DNA from: Balanoglossus misakiensis
Lineage: Eukaryota > Animalia > Hemichordata
Assembly: GCA_040954595.2 (NCBI GenBank)
Contig: CM082591.2
Coordinates: forward strand, 4,139,957 to 4,203,956
Length of the DNA stretch: 64,000 nt
Direction of reading: 5' to 3'
Every line of letters starts with the position of its first letter. Position 1 is the first letter of the stretch. The position numbers and the translations under genes were made by a program. The notes beneath the pieces are model-generated. The model ran no database searches, was not told the origin of the DNA, and saw only the letters and a program-made list of their open reading frames with translations. Below are positions 50,387 through 62,511 of this stretch, one piece after another.

Positions 50387-52559
50387 AGCAAGGAATTTTT
50401 TTTCAAATGTTGTTTGATCAATAGTTTTTTAATATATTAGCTGTAAACCACAATTACCATGTGAACATTTTTAAGGAAAAAATTGCTGAATTTCAGTGAT
50501 ATTACTGAATATTTTAATCTTTGTACTCGTAATGAGTAAATTGTTGTGTTAATTTTAACTGACTGCTGTCAATGCCAGACATGTCTTATGGTGATACCAA
50601 ATTTTGTACACTGTTGTTCAATGTTATTTCTTCTGAATAAAGGTTCAAAAGTTGATGGGACTTCAAAAAGAGTGTGTGCAGTTGAATTTTAGCTTGCCCA
50701 TCTGCATTGGTGAACAACTCTGTATATGGTTTTACACACTACAAGTATGACAGACACCCAAGAACAGAATAGCAAAGAACCAGTAAAAGTACTTCACAGG
50801 TATGTATGTGCATTGTCATAAACTGTGGCTTTTTCCAATGTGCTCTCTTAGTCCATAATTATGATGCGCCGCTGACTCAAACTCACTGGTGACTCAAGGG
50901 AGGGGGTGAGTGGACCATCTGGTGGGGTCCCCCCCCCCACCTCTCCAAATTCAAGTGTCTTCACCCTAAAGTTGCATTATGAGTGACACAAGACACCGTA
51001 CCAGAAATAACAGATAAGGCTGCCTTTAGCACTTTTTATTCTAAATTTCATGCAAATATATTCATGTTGGCCTCGTTAAAAATATTGCACGCACTACAAA
51101 CTACTAGGAAAATCATGTATCTATAAAATGAGTTGTTAAAAAGTAAGTACATTGGCTTTTATTCAACACTTTGCTGGAAATACCACGAAAGCATCTGAAG
51201 CTTTAAAATTTCTGGAACATTCACAAGTTGTTAAAATCCAATCCCGAAATGAGGTGTCATTTTGACTTCAACTCAAAATGCACCAATCTCAGTAATGTCA
51301 AGAGGGGTCCTGTTATAGATGGCCAACTCTACCCTATCAAGACAGTTCTCCTGTTTTTAAACACGCAACGATCAAGAAAGGGCTGATTGATTCACGTGTC
51401 CAGTAGTCAAAAACTCAAACCTTTCATAGACTTTCTATAAAAGTCTGCAGTCTGCATAACAAAATCTTTTATAAAACTGATTAGTTGCCTCTTGGTGTAT
51501 TTGTGTTGTAATGTATACGCTTCAAATAACTTTAATTACAGCTACTTGTAATTATTGCATTGTGCATGCTCCCACTATTGCAGCAAATAAGGTTAGTTAC
51601 TTTTTAAATGGCACTGAGTAGATCATTGAGTTGATTCACGATCTGAAATGATGAAATCACTATATGGGGCTTGCAACTAACATGTATACCTAAAAAACTA
51701 CATTTACCACTTGTGTATGGAATGTATACTCATACTGCAGTATTTCCAAGCCATGTTGCCTTATATATAATGCAATTAAAATTAATGTGATAAATACAGA
51801 TTATAAGATTTTCAATATACCCTTCTCCCTTTCGGATAACCTGGCCATCAACTGTGCCATTCATTGTGGTCTGGACCACAGGTGGCTTTCATTTTTGGCT
51901 TGTATGGGAAAGCATACAATGTGTTTCTTTTTGACTGTTTTGATTGAAAACAATCTCTGGTTAGAATATTTCTTCTGCTCTGCTCGAACTGTCTTCATTG
52001 TACGTCACATGCAGCAGGTTATGCTGACATCCACTTGCGCAGATATTGAACCTTAACATAAACAACCACAGCCAGCCAGTCCACCTTCGGGAGTTCCTAT
52101 CTATACCACTAAAATCAGAAGGATCGGCCTAAAATAACAGCATGACTCACTCAGAATACAGACAAGATACACCCCTCCGTTGTAATCCTTCCCCCCCCCC
52201 TCTCCACACATGGATCAACCCATCACATCATAGGCAATGAGACTGAACCAAAGTACAGTGCAGAGAAGGGTTAAAACAGCTGTATTGACAATACAACTGA
52301 TTGAAACCCTGGAAGAGTGTAAATTCAACTATATCACCAATAGTCTAAACCCCCTCCATTCCATATCTGCATTGCAGAAATAACCCACTATAGCTTACTA
52401 CATATCTGATTATATCTATCAGTAAAACAATATACATTGTACAACTCTGTAACAATAAAGTTATTTGCATGGTTATGCAGGTTGTCATGTGTCAATTGAA
52501 ATGCATCATCTACTGCTATATATGGGTGCAGCCATGGGTAGGTTGCCATGACGATGTTC

Positions 52560-55500
52560 TTAATCGTCTGCTTCACCTGTGGAGACAAAATAAAATTATG
52601 GCACTGAGTTAAGCCAATGTCATTTTCATGCAGCAATTGATTGCTAGCCAAGTAATACAAGTCAAGCTTTGTATGTAACAAATATTATACTGTTTGCTGT
52701 TTAACATGATGAGCATTGTGTTGTTTGTCCTGTGTCACATGAGAACTAATTACCATAAGAATGGTTTCCATTGTGATTTTCTTCTGGGTTGTGATTGGTG
52801 GTGCTAAACCCAAGCTCTTTTGCCCGGCTATCTGTCCGGCTGTGTTCCCCCTGGCCGCGCTCTCGGATAATCTTCCGCATGTGCGCTTTGCAGTAGTACT
52901 TGTTGTCCATGACGGAAAAATTAGTCAGGCTGTGGGGGGGGGGGGGGGGGGAGAGAAAAAAGACACAGCTTAAGAAGATGATGAAACTGTTTTCATAGCA
53001 TGGTTAAAAATAGAGTAGGTCAGGTTAACAGAACCACATTTTTTTATTGGCCTTAAGCCTTTCAAGCCTGGCTTTCTGGGAACGTACCCAAATATCTCCT
53101 ATATATAGGATATCTGGCCAGAAAGGGTTTATCTAATAAGCCTAACTGGAAGAAAACGTTACACACAGTCTACTCAAGAAGTCTGGCAGATTTCAGCAAC
53201 TCTCTATTTTTCTCTGATCCTTGTCACTGTTCAAAATAGAAGAATCTTCAGGCTTCATCACAAGACGTACGCATTCACAATGGACTCACTTGACAGTGGC
53301 TTTGCACACTTCACAGCGGAAGCAAGCCTTGTGGAAGATCTTCCCATCCGCCTCCAATTTCTCCATGGCGTAGACTGTCTTACTACAGCTGTTGCATTTC
53401 TCAGCCGCTGGTGGCTTCCAGGCCTTACCACTCGCGCCCTGTGTGTTACGAAATGCCAATATGCAAATTTAAATGACGGGTATCTTGGATGCGATTGGCT
53501 CACAACCTGCAGACTATGATTTCTGCCCATGCTGCTACTTTTATCAGAACTGAAAACACTGATTTTATTTTTGGTGTTGAAATTAAAAATGCATGCTGAT
53601 TATACTGTCACTGATAAAAATATGAGGATTTCTTCACTATTACTGAGTCCACAGAAAGTTGTCAGTAAAAACATTAACTGAGTGTTCACAGTGTTTTTTA
53701 CAAAGAGAAACTATGCAAATTACAAGTAAGCAAATGACCAATCACATGTACACAGCATGCAAATGAGGATGGCGACATCATGGAGGAAGCCATTCTCTTG
53801 GAAGAAACCATTCTCACCTGCGTAACTTCGAAAAGTCACTCGATAGGACAGCGAGAAAGTGCATAGAGTGGAAATCTGAGAGGTTTTAGTGACTTTTCTC
53901 AGAATAAAAGCTGAAATCACAAAGAGAAGGAAGAAGAGACAAGATTGCAACTTGATGAGATTTCGCATGAGACGATGTTGTGCTATTACTAAAGAAAAAT
54001 GGCAGCAATGCGTGGATTTGCATAAATTATGCAAAATAGCAGACTTTAACGTACACAGTATGAAACCAAGAGTAGACAAAAATATGGAGAATGTGTTTAT
54101 TGCAAAGGTGATGAATGATAGTACATATGACATTAAAAAGCTGATACAGCTTTGACAACAGAGAAGTTTGAATACAGTGATGAAGCAGTTTCCACTTTAA
54201 TATAGAATGGTTTCGTTAACCATAGACCACATGACTAGATGCAGAGTCTAGCACACAAGAAATACAAGAATAGATTGTGAAGATGTTTATCTCATTTTCA
54301 ATAAGTGCACAATGAGACAATGTATATGCTTGAATGGAAATTATATTTGCTGGTTCTGTCACTCACCCTGCGAGGTGTACCTGTGTCTGTGCCCTGCTGG
54401 TCGACCTGTTGTTGGAACATATTCAGACGACCGGCGACGCCCCCAGAGGCAGCTATGCCTTCGTTGCGCTCTTTGAACCGCGAGTAACGTTTCTGATCCT
54501 AGACAGAACAGAAGAATATAGCGTCAAATGACACAACGCTCCCATTTGATCAGAATCGATATTCCCAAATAATCATTAAAACCTGCAGACCAATGACACT
54601 GTATGAGAGCAACATTTTCTACTTGTGGTTAAATCTGTGGATCGGTCAAAAATCCATCAAAAATATCAACAAATTATTCTCACCATTTTGTCTCCATCTT
54701 TTGTTTCCATCTGTTCCATGAAACGACTCACTCTATAAAGTGGGAAAATAAACAGAGATTTATATAGTTTATAGGGTTTGATCCTTCTTCCAGGATACAG
54801 AAATTCATTCACAATTCTATATTTAAAGTACCCCACAAAATTCTGTAACATTTGCTGATCAAGTTGACGCCTCAATTAAATGCAAAGTCATGATTTTTAA
54901 AGGCTGTTACTTACTTGTGAGTTTCCACACCCAAACCAATCTTCTTTGGAACACTGCATGTGGAGGATGGGAGGGAGGGGGATGGGCAGTAATGAAGGAA
55001 GAGATAGATGATATATTACTATGTTGTAACTTTAAAATGATATCAATTAATCCACACACTGTGAAGAAGAAACTGTGTTACCTGTATTTCATGGCTTCTC
55101 TCTGTCTAGTTCTGTCTTTGTAGTTAACACATAGAGCTCATACAATTGCTACAAAATTTCAGTGTGACCTAACACTAATTTAGCTTGTGAACTCCCATTT
55201 TCACCACTCACTTGAACCCTATTTAATTTAGTGAGAATTGAGATGAAGGAGTCAACATTTGATTTTTTTATTCTTTACCTGGATTTGTTGAGCTGTCCCA
55301 GTCTTTGGGTATACTCATTCACCTGTGACAATCACAAAAAATAAAAAGATGAATTAGGATGTGAGATAACTGTTTAATTAACATGGCATGTTTCAAATTA
55401 TACAATATCTACAATTTGCAGAAAAATCGTAAAATAATCATGCTTTTCAGAGACATTCCTGGAGCTCTCTGTCAGACCTGTTCCACTGAAAACAGTGCAG

Positions 55501-58281
55501 ACATCTAACGTGTAAACTCACATCATATTCTTGAATCTTCTTCTGCTGTTCCAGGTCAAAAATCTCCGACAGAAGCTCTCTCAGTTGAATGTTGTACTCC
55601 TCGGCTATGTCCTGCAGCTCTTCCACAGAAGTTGAGTAACCGATTTGTAATTCCGGCACCTTTTCCTGCAGGATCCGCTCTTTCTCCTTCTCCTGCTCCT
55701 TGGCACTCTTTTCCGCATCCTGCTTGGCTTTGGCAATGTTGGCCTGCGTTCACAAAATGCACGGACATCATCACCCAGGGATAGAAAATGGTGAGTGATC
55801 TGCTTCAATCATTTGTAAATCAATCTTGGCTTATTCATTTTTTGGTCATAAAGACTCTAGTACAGTAGTTCATGGGAATGAAAAACATGTTCCAAATGTC
55901 CATTTGAAGTTGCATAGAAATGACGTAGAAATTATGTGATGTAGAGAAATGGGGTGTACTGTGCTGTGATGTGAAGTAATGTGGTATAATATGATATGGT
56001 GTGGTGTGATGTAAAGTGATGTGATGTGAGGTGAGGGGTTGTGTTGTGATGTACACCATCTTCTCCACAATTATCATTTGGTACAATCCCGATTCACCGT
56101 TCAAAACATTTCCACCCATACCTTCAAATCTAGTTTCCGAACCACAGACTGCTGCATTCTTTCGTTCAACAGGTTCCGGCGCTTCTCTTCCGCCTCTGCT
56201 TTGCGCTGTTCCATTTCTTCTCTGCGTTTGCGTGCCTCTTCCTGGAATACAGACATAAAAAAATACTTCATCTCAAACCAGGTTTTTTTTCTCATGTACA
56301 GGCATATCATAAGTAATGAAAATGATCTCCGAAAATGTCTCTCAGTCTTGATCATTTCTGGGAGTACTGGGTAATTGCTATGTATCAATCATCATCTTTC
56401 TAAGGATGTGGAAAATACCCAGACACAACGACACTGGCTGGACCGACCAACACACTGCTGGCTGTATATGAAGAGATTGTCACTAATATGTCGCAATATA
56501 CTGTCCACATAACGTTTTCCAATCCAAAATAACTGAGAGAATGAAACCATGGCCACTCACTTCTTCTTTCAGTTTACGCTCAGCTTCTTCTTCCCGTCTC
56601 TTCCGGTCTCTCTCTTCCTGTTCTTTCTTGCGCTGTTCCTGTTAGAACAATCATACGAATACTTAGTCCGACTATCATTTCAGCTGGTACCGGCTGGTTA
56701 CACCGTCACCACAGGGACATATATTCCTGTGTGTGTACCAGCCTGATCACAGCTGCTTCGTTCAAGACAGTTACTTGGGACAGGAATTGGTTAGAATACC
56801 ATACTGATGTACAGTTATATACTTGAAGTCCTGATAATAAGGCCTGATTTTGAATACCAGTAGTGAGAGCACAGCTATAGGATAAACCAAGCACCTATCA
56901 ACTCGATTCAATAAACAGAACATGATATCTTTTCGAAGGGAATGTGAACAACGAAAGACTGACTTTTCCCAAATTCCCACACTCACTTTTCGTCTGCGCA
57001 ATTCTTCCAGTTCCTTTTCCTGCTCCTCTCGTTCCAGACGTCGCTGCTCCATCTGCAGTTCCAATCTCTCCTGTTCTTCCCGCTGACGTTTCTCCCGGAT
57101 TTCCTGCAGGTGTCAGATGAAAGGAGAATATCATTCTCTGCCACGTTGTATGGTACAATATATTCCAACAGTTTGTCAAGGACAATGGACAGCCTCTTTT
57201 TATGAGTTATGAGATGATTACATTATTGATACCCAAAAATGGCACACACAAAAACTGCACACTGTCAAAGCTCTGAGTTACCGATAACTTACACTCAATG
57301 TGTTAATGGCCTCCATTCCACTCTCATCCTCTGATTTCTCAAATGTTGGCATCCTGTTTAAAAAAATAAATAAACACTTTTTGAGACAAATTACTGGAAT
57401 GTGAGCTTTGGTAACCATCACTAAAGATGGTACTACCACGAGTTTCACCACCATGGTTCAGTCCAAAGCCATTGTTTTCTATAGTAAGGTTGGACCGCTA
57501 AAGAGGGACTGGGGCTGAAAGGGTTAATTTTTGAAATTATGACATCATCTGGTGGTAGTACTCTGTAGGGCTTTTTTTCGTGTCTGGACTCACTTTCGTA
57601 ATTTTGGTTTCTCCTCCACGTGAACTTCGTGGACTTCATGGACTTTTTTTGTGCTGTGGTAAGTCACAGGCTCCGGTTCTGGTTCTGGTTCTGGCTCCAT
57701 CTCGGGTTCTTCTTCCTGTTCCTCGTATTCCTCTTGAGGTTCCGGCTCTTCGTACTCGGCTTCGGGTTCAGGTTCGGGTGACGGTTCCCATTCCGGCTCT
57801 GGCTCAGGTTCTGGTTCTTGTTCCGGTTCCGCTTCCGCTTCTCTGGAATATCTGCTCTTATACGAGGAGGAATAACTGTAGCTGTTGGTCTCCTCTTCCT
57901 GTTCGGGCTCTGCACGGCTCTGGCTGCTGTACCGCGACGTGTAGCTGTGCGTTTCGACTTCTTGCGCCGGGGCGTCGTTGCTCTCTTCCAGTTTGCGGCG
58001 GCGTTCCTCGCGACGGGCGCGCCGTTCTGCGGCGGCCTCCTCTTCCCCTAGCAACGCAGCCTCGGCCGCCAATCTGGAGTTCAGGAAAATAATTTTAATT
58101 AAATTCAAGAAAGACACTCTCAGTGTCTAAAAGAGTAACTTGAGATGCGATACACCAGTAGGAAAGGATATAAAAATTTCGAGTGGGAAGCAACCAAAAG
58201 GGTGATAACAATTTTGTACCTTTCGGCTTCCCTCTTCTTTCTGCGTTCTTCGCGGCGACGGGCTCTTTCTTCAGCATCCAT
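52560..58281 (-). CDS. Troponin T-like protein with caldesmon-like N-terminus and C-terminal LIM domain (~591 aa, 15 exons)
   Basis: Phase-consistent GT-AG exons: 58220-58281, 57594-58073, 57293-57353, 56987-57103, 56561-56638, 56122-56241, 55522-55743, 55279-55322, 55082-55111, 54915-54953, 54684-54732, 54367-54498, 53290-53438, 52754-52929, 52560-52576 (1776 nt in total). TnT-like segments EIREKRQREEQ...ELEELRRRKEQRK and EKEKERILQEKVPELQI...ELQDIAEE...EIFDLEQQKKIQEYDVNEYTQRL. LIM domain CNSC..HKACFRCEVC..YCKAH. Confidence 0.85.
55925..56052. repeat. Degenerate (GTGAT)n pentanucleotide repeat
   Basis: Directly visible in an intron. Confidence 0.75.
57443..57527 (-). mobile_element. Short ~85-bp TTAA/CCC-ended MITE-like element
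   Basis: Its reverse complement aligns by eye with 62422-62511; it ends TGAAAGGGTTAA. Confidence 0.6.
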
Positions 58282-61200
58282 GGTTTAAAAAAAGTTTCTG
58301 TAACAAACATACTTATAAATTAATTGGAAACTCACAAAATGCAGCTGAATGGTAAAATATTCGTCTTATTAAGATATTATTGATACAGTATGTTCAGACA
58401 TGAGTCTTGTTTACATCAGTAAAAGAAATACATGTATATTTCATTTATGCCATTTCTTGTCAATGACGCCCTCTAGAAGACAGTTTCCAGTACCTTTTGT
58501 TTACAACAGGACAAGATTAAAGAGCAGGGGGAACGATTTGACCTCCGGCAAGTTGATAGCAGCTGCAGGATTTGCAACCTGACCCCTTAGACTCATCTTT
58601 CAGTCGATGTACATTACAGCTTTCTTGAAACATTGCCAAGTCGTCGCCCGAATCATTTTTTTGAAACCCAAGCCCCATTATAGAGACATAAACATAACGC
58701 AGACTGCATAGGGGGAGCAAAACCCACAGCGACCTTTAGTGACATCGCCATGGAAACAGTGACAAGGGGTATCACTCTGTTTCCGATTACTGTAAATTGT
58801 CTGATAGACAAAACGTAAAAAAATCCCCTGATGTGTCGTTGATGATAGTCACACGACTATCAACTGATAACAGATATCAATTTTGTGGAACTAATCCGTT
58901 GAAATGCTTCCCTGTCACAAACAGAGACTTTTTATTGTTTCAATCACACTTCTTCTTAAGCCCTGAAAAAAACACCAGATTTTGGTTGAAATCACGAACC
59001 TATATCTTGCGTGTACATAGTTTGCCATGTGCGTTACTGAATAAACAGTATATAATTCTTCTCCCTCATATTATAGGTCTGTGAATTTTCCATTTGAGGG
59101 ATGATGTGTGTCTGGGATTGTCCAGTTAGGATGTGGTTCCCGGCACGATGCGGATAACGGCTGGAAGCCGGGAAAAACACCCAAACTGCATTTTTCCATG
59201 TTTTATACTATTCCACAGTCTTACCACAGTCTATGAATTATTACGGAACATTCAACTTATGTGCGTGCCTGGATATGGGTCTACACGAAGGGTATGGTTT
59301 CCTCTTGCAGTAAATGCCAATACACCCACACACTGATGCGATACACAAAGTTTTATTTACTGGGCCCCAGACACTCAGGGATAAACTTCGCCCACTCACA
59401 CAAACATCTGACGTGGGGCGTGTGACTCAGAAATGGCGTTGGCATCAGACTTGTTTATGTTAGGCCAGTAAGGGAGCAGATTTAAATGTGGTTTAATATA
59501 ATCAGTGTGTGTGTGTGTGTCCAGCATGAATCCTTTTGCAGTTATAAATATTAAATATTTTTTTCTTTCAGATCTGTCAATATTGAGAATGCATCAACGA
59601 ATCCAGGTGGGTATATGTATGGTGTATATACCCACATGTTTTCCAAATCAGCACTAAAATGCTGGGAAAAAATATTAGCAAAGAAATACTGGTAATAATC
59701 TGATGTACAGAATTCACTGAGAGTATTCAACCATACAGGTAAATGCCCTGGCACCTTTCCTGGGCCAATTAGCATAAAGAGTTCACGTTCAGTGAGCTGG
59801 GGAGTCCACTCAGAGGATGACATCACCATTTTTGGCCAGGCGCAGGAATTCCCTGCATTTTGATACAACTTGGAGAAATGTCAGGAATCTCTCAACGGTG
59901 ATCGCAGAATAGTTAATTCTGATGGGTCTCTCGCTTTCGTGGCAGTATTCCATTTCCCCATACTTGCCCTCAGACCATCTGTGTGAAGCTCTCTCGCTCG
60001 AAATAAGTAATCTGACAGATTGGGGAAGTCTCGCACGTATTGGAAAATTGCCATGCATTTACTAATAGCTTTTCCAAACACCAAACGCACTTGTAAAATT
60101 ATTCGTTTGACGACATGAAATTCGTGTCCACATCAAAAATCGGAATCAGGTAAAGTGGTTCAGTCCAACCCTGCATTAAGAGGACCAGGACACAAGCAAA
60201 TGAGGGGAAACATTTCAAGCTTGTTGAACCTGTTTCATGTCCTCTCCATTTTCTTATCAACAATTCCATCAAACAAATTCTTTTGTAAAGGTGAACGGCA
60301 CTGTGTCGATCAATACAAACAATTCAGAGTTGTTTGTGCGATATTCTTACACGGACAAAAAGAGCACAAATACAATAAAACACCACTCTATCTTCTTGAA
60401 AGGGGCATCTCTGACAGCGTGCAACTCGACAGGTACAAATCTCCTTATGGAATCAATTGTCTGGCAAAGCATTGTACAATAGACAATACTGAGAAGTAGG
60501 TGTGTCTTGAGAGCTGTTTTTATAGTCCCTCTTGTTTTTCGTCATTTTTAGCCAAAAGACTGACTGGCCAAAAATTATTCTTTACAGTGAAGATATGCTT
60601 TAACATGAATAAATATTCTATATTAGAAACTGTTTTGCAAACGTCAAATTGTGCTACCACTTCACAGTCGAAAAAAATCTCTATGACAAGAAATCTGCTA
60701 GGATTACTCTAAAGGTCTCAGGAACACAAATTACACACTTCAAAAGGATTTTCCGTGTTTGTATTGTACCACGGCGATTAATGCCGGGGCAAAATTTATA
60801 GGTACAAATTCCGACATTTTTAGTGCGGCCAGGTACAGTAAATTCAATGACCTACAGCTTTCAAATATTTGTATGCAAGCCAATGGTTCACACATTTCAG
60901 GTCAGAGGTCAAACCACAATAGTGTACTTAACAAATAGAAATGTAAACACGAATTACCATTTATTTTATTGCTGCAGAAAAAGAGGGTATTTACACTGTT
61001 TAGTGTGTTTATGGTCAAGGTGAGTATTTAACAATAATTACTATGATATGCCATATTTCAGAAATTATAAATACATGTACATTATACACGCAGCAAATCG
61101 ACACTCCCACTTCGAAACATATATTTAGTTTCCTACAGTAAGTGTTTGCGCTCACAAATATGAACACGTTGCACAAAATACAGCAGATTCCAGCGACATT

Positions 61201-62421
61201 TTTCTGTAATTTAGAACTACTGAGACCTGCCTAGAGTCAGAAAATAGCACTTGTTTGCACACAGCGAATACAGTTCTGATGATGTCAGTCTTCTTATGTG
61301 AACCGTTTGTCAATTTCACAAGTGTTTGAACAGTCAGACTGATGATTTGTTCTAGCAGACTAATATTCACCGAAAACAATGAATGTATTAATTAACATAC
61401 TTCCTGTAAGATTAACTTTGCATGGTACAAAAGTAATCAGAAATCACCCAGTGTATAATAGGATATAAATCTAATTAGTTTTACAGATGTCATGTACTTT
61501 TCAGCCGGAGCTACTCAACTGTGACAAGCGGCAATGAACAGAAACGGATGACAATACACCCAGCAGCCAGATGCTAGCTACACTTCAAGTAAATCTGTTG
61601 CCAGTTGGCTGGTATGAGTTGTAACACCCAAGAGACTTCAATGAATATACACTTGTTTGTCCGGAAACAACTGTTTTCATGCAAAGGCAGCCTTATTGGC
61701 GAAGTTTTTGGCGATTTCCAATAGGGCTGTCTGCATGGGAGGCCATATTTTATGAGGTCTAGACCTATTCAACCAATGATACTTTGGAAACAATCAATTC
61801 CCTTGTGACACCGATGCACACCAATAAATACACGCCCTACTTTCTTCAGACCCTTCACAGTCAAATTTATGTTCTATGAAAGGTTATGTCCTCTGCACTT
61901 CAACTAGAGTCAGAAAAAGCAAATAATTTGGGTTTGGTCATTTCTTAATGTATTGTGGCCCATATTCTCTTTAACACTTAACATTGGACATAAATACAAC
62001 TGAAAACTGTAAAACAATTAAAACTTATTCAGAAAAACCAAAGGGGTGGAATTTATCTAGTCACTCTTTTCATCCCTGTTGAATCAATGGTATAGCCCTG
62101 TTACCTCTGTATTCCCAATGGTGGATTTGGACCTTGTCTAAAAGGAATAGGGGTTGACAGGTTGGGGTCATTAGAGGGAGGGGGATTATTCACTATGATC
62201 AAATGGGTAGGCTGGGATACTGGGGGGAGTGGCTTAGAAAGAGAGGTTACCTCAGAACAAATGCAATTCTGATCCAACAATAGTTTTATTTGCTCATCAA
62301 AATCCCTGATGAAAACAACAGGTCATTATCTAGGACCATAAAATTTTATGTTAATAGTATTAACATCTGAGTTTCTTTGTTGGTTTTACATGTTCCTTTT
62401 AGTGTTCATGAATTATCCACT

Positions 62422-62511
62422 TTAACCCTTTCACCCCTGTTTTCTTTTGTACAGGTCCAACTTTACAATAGAAGACATTGGGGTTTGAACCAATCCATGG
62501 TGTTGACAGGG
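62422..62511 (+). mobile_element. Short ~90-bp TTAA/CCC-ended MITE-like element (piggyBac-type ends)
   Basis: TTAACCCTTTCACCCC...GGTCCAACTTTACAATAGAAGACATTGG...CCATGGTG..GACAGGG. Fragments of the same family lie at ~20325-20348 and ~26321-26345. Confidence 0.6.

Noticed and set aside
53720-54155. ORFs, and a possible exon at ~53818-53875, between the TnT and LIM exons
   Set aside because: No recognisable protein character. The candidate exon ends in phase 1 and would frameshift the LIM, whereas the direct phase-0 join works.
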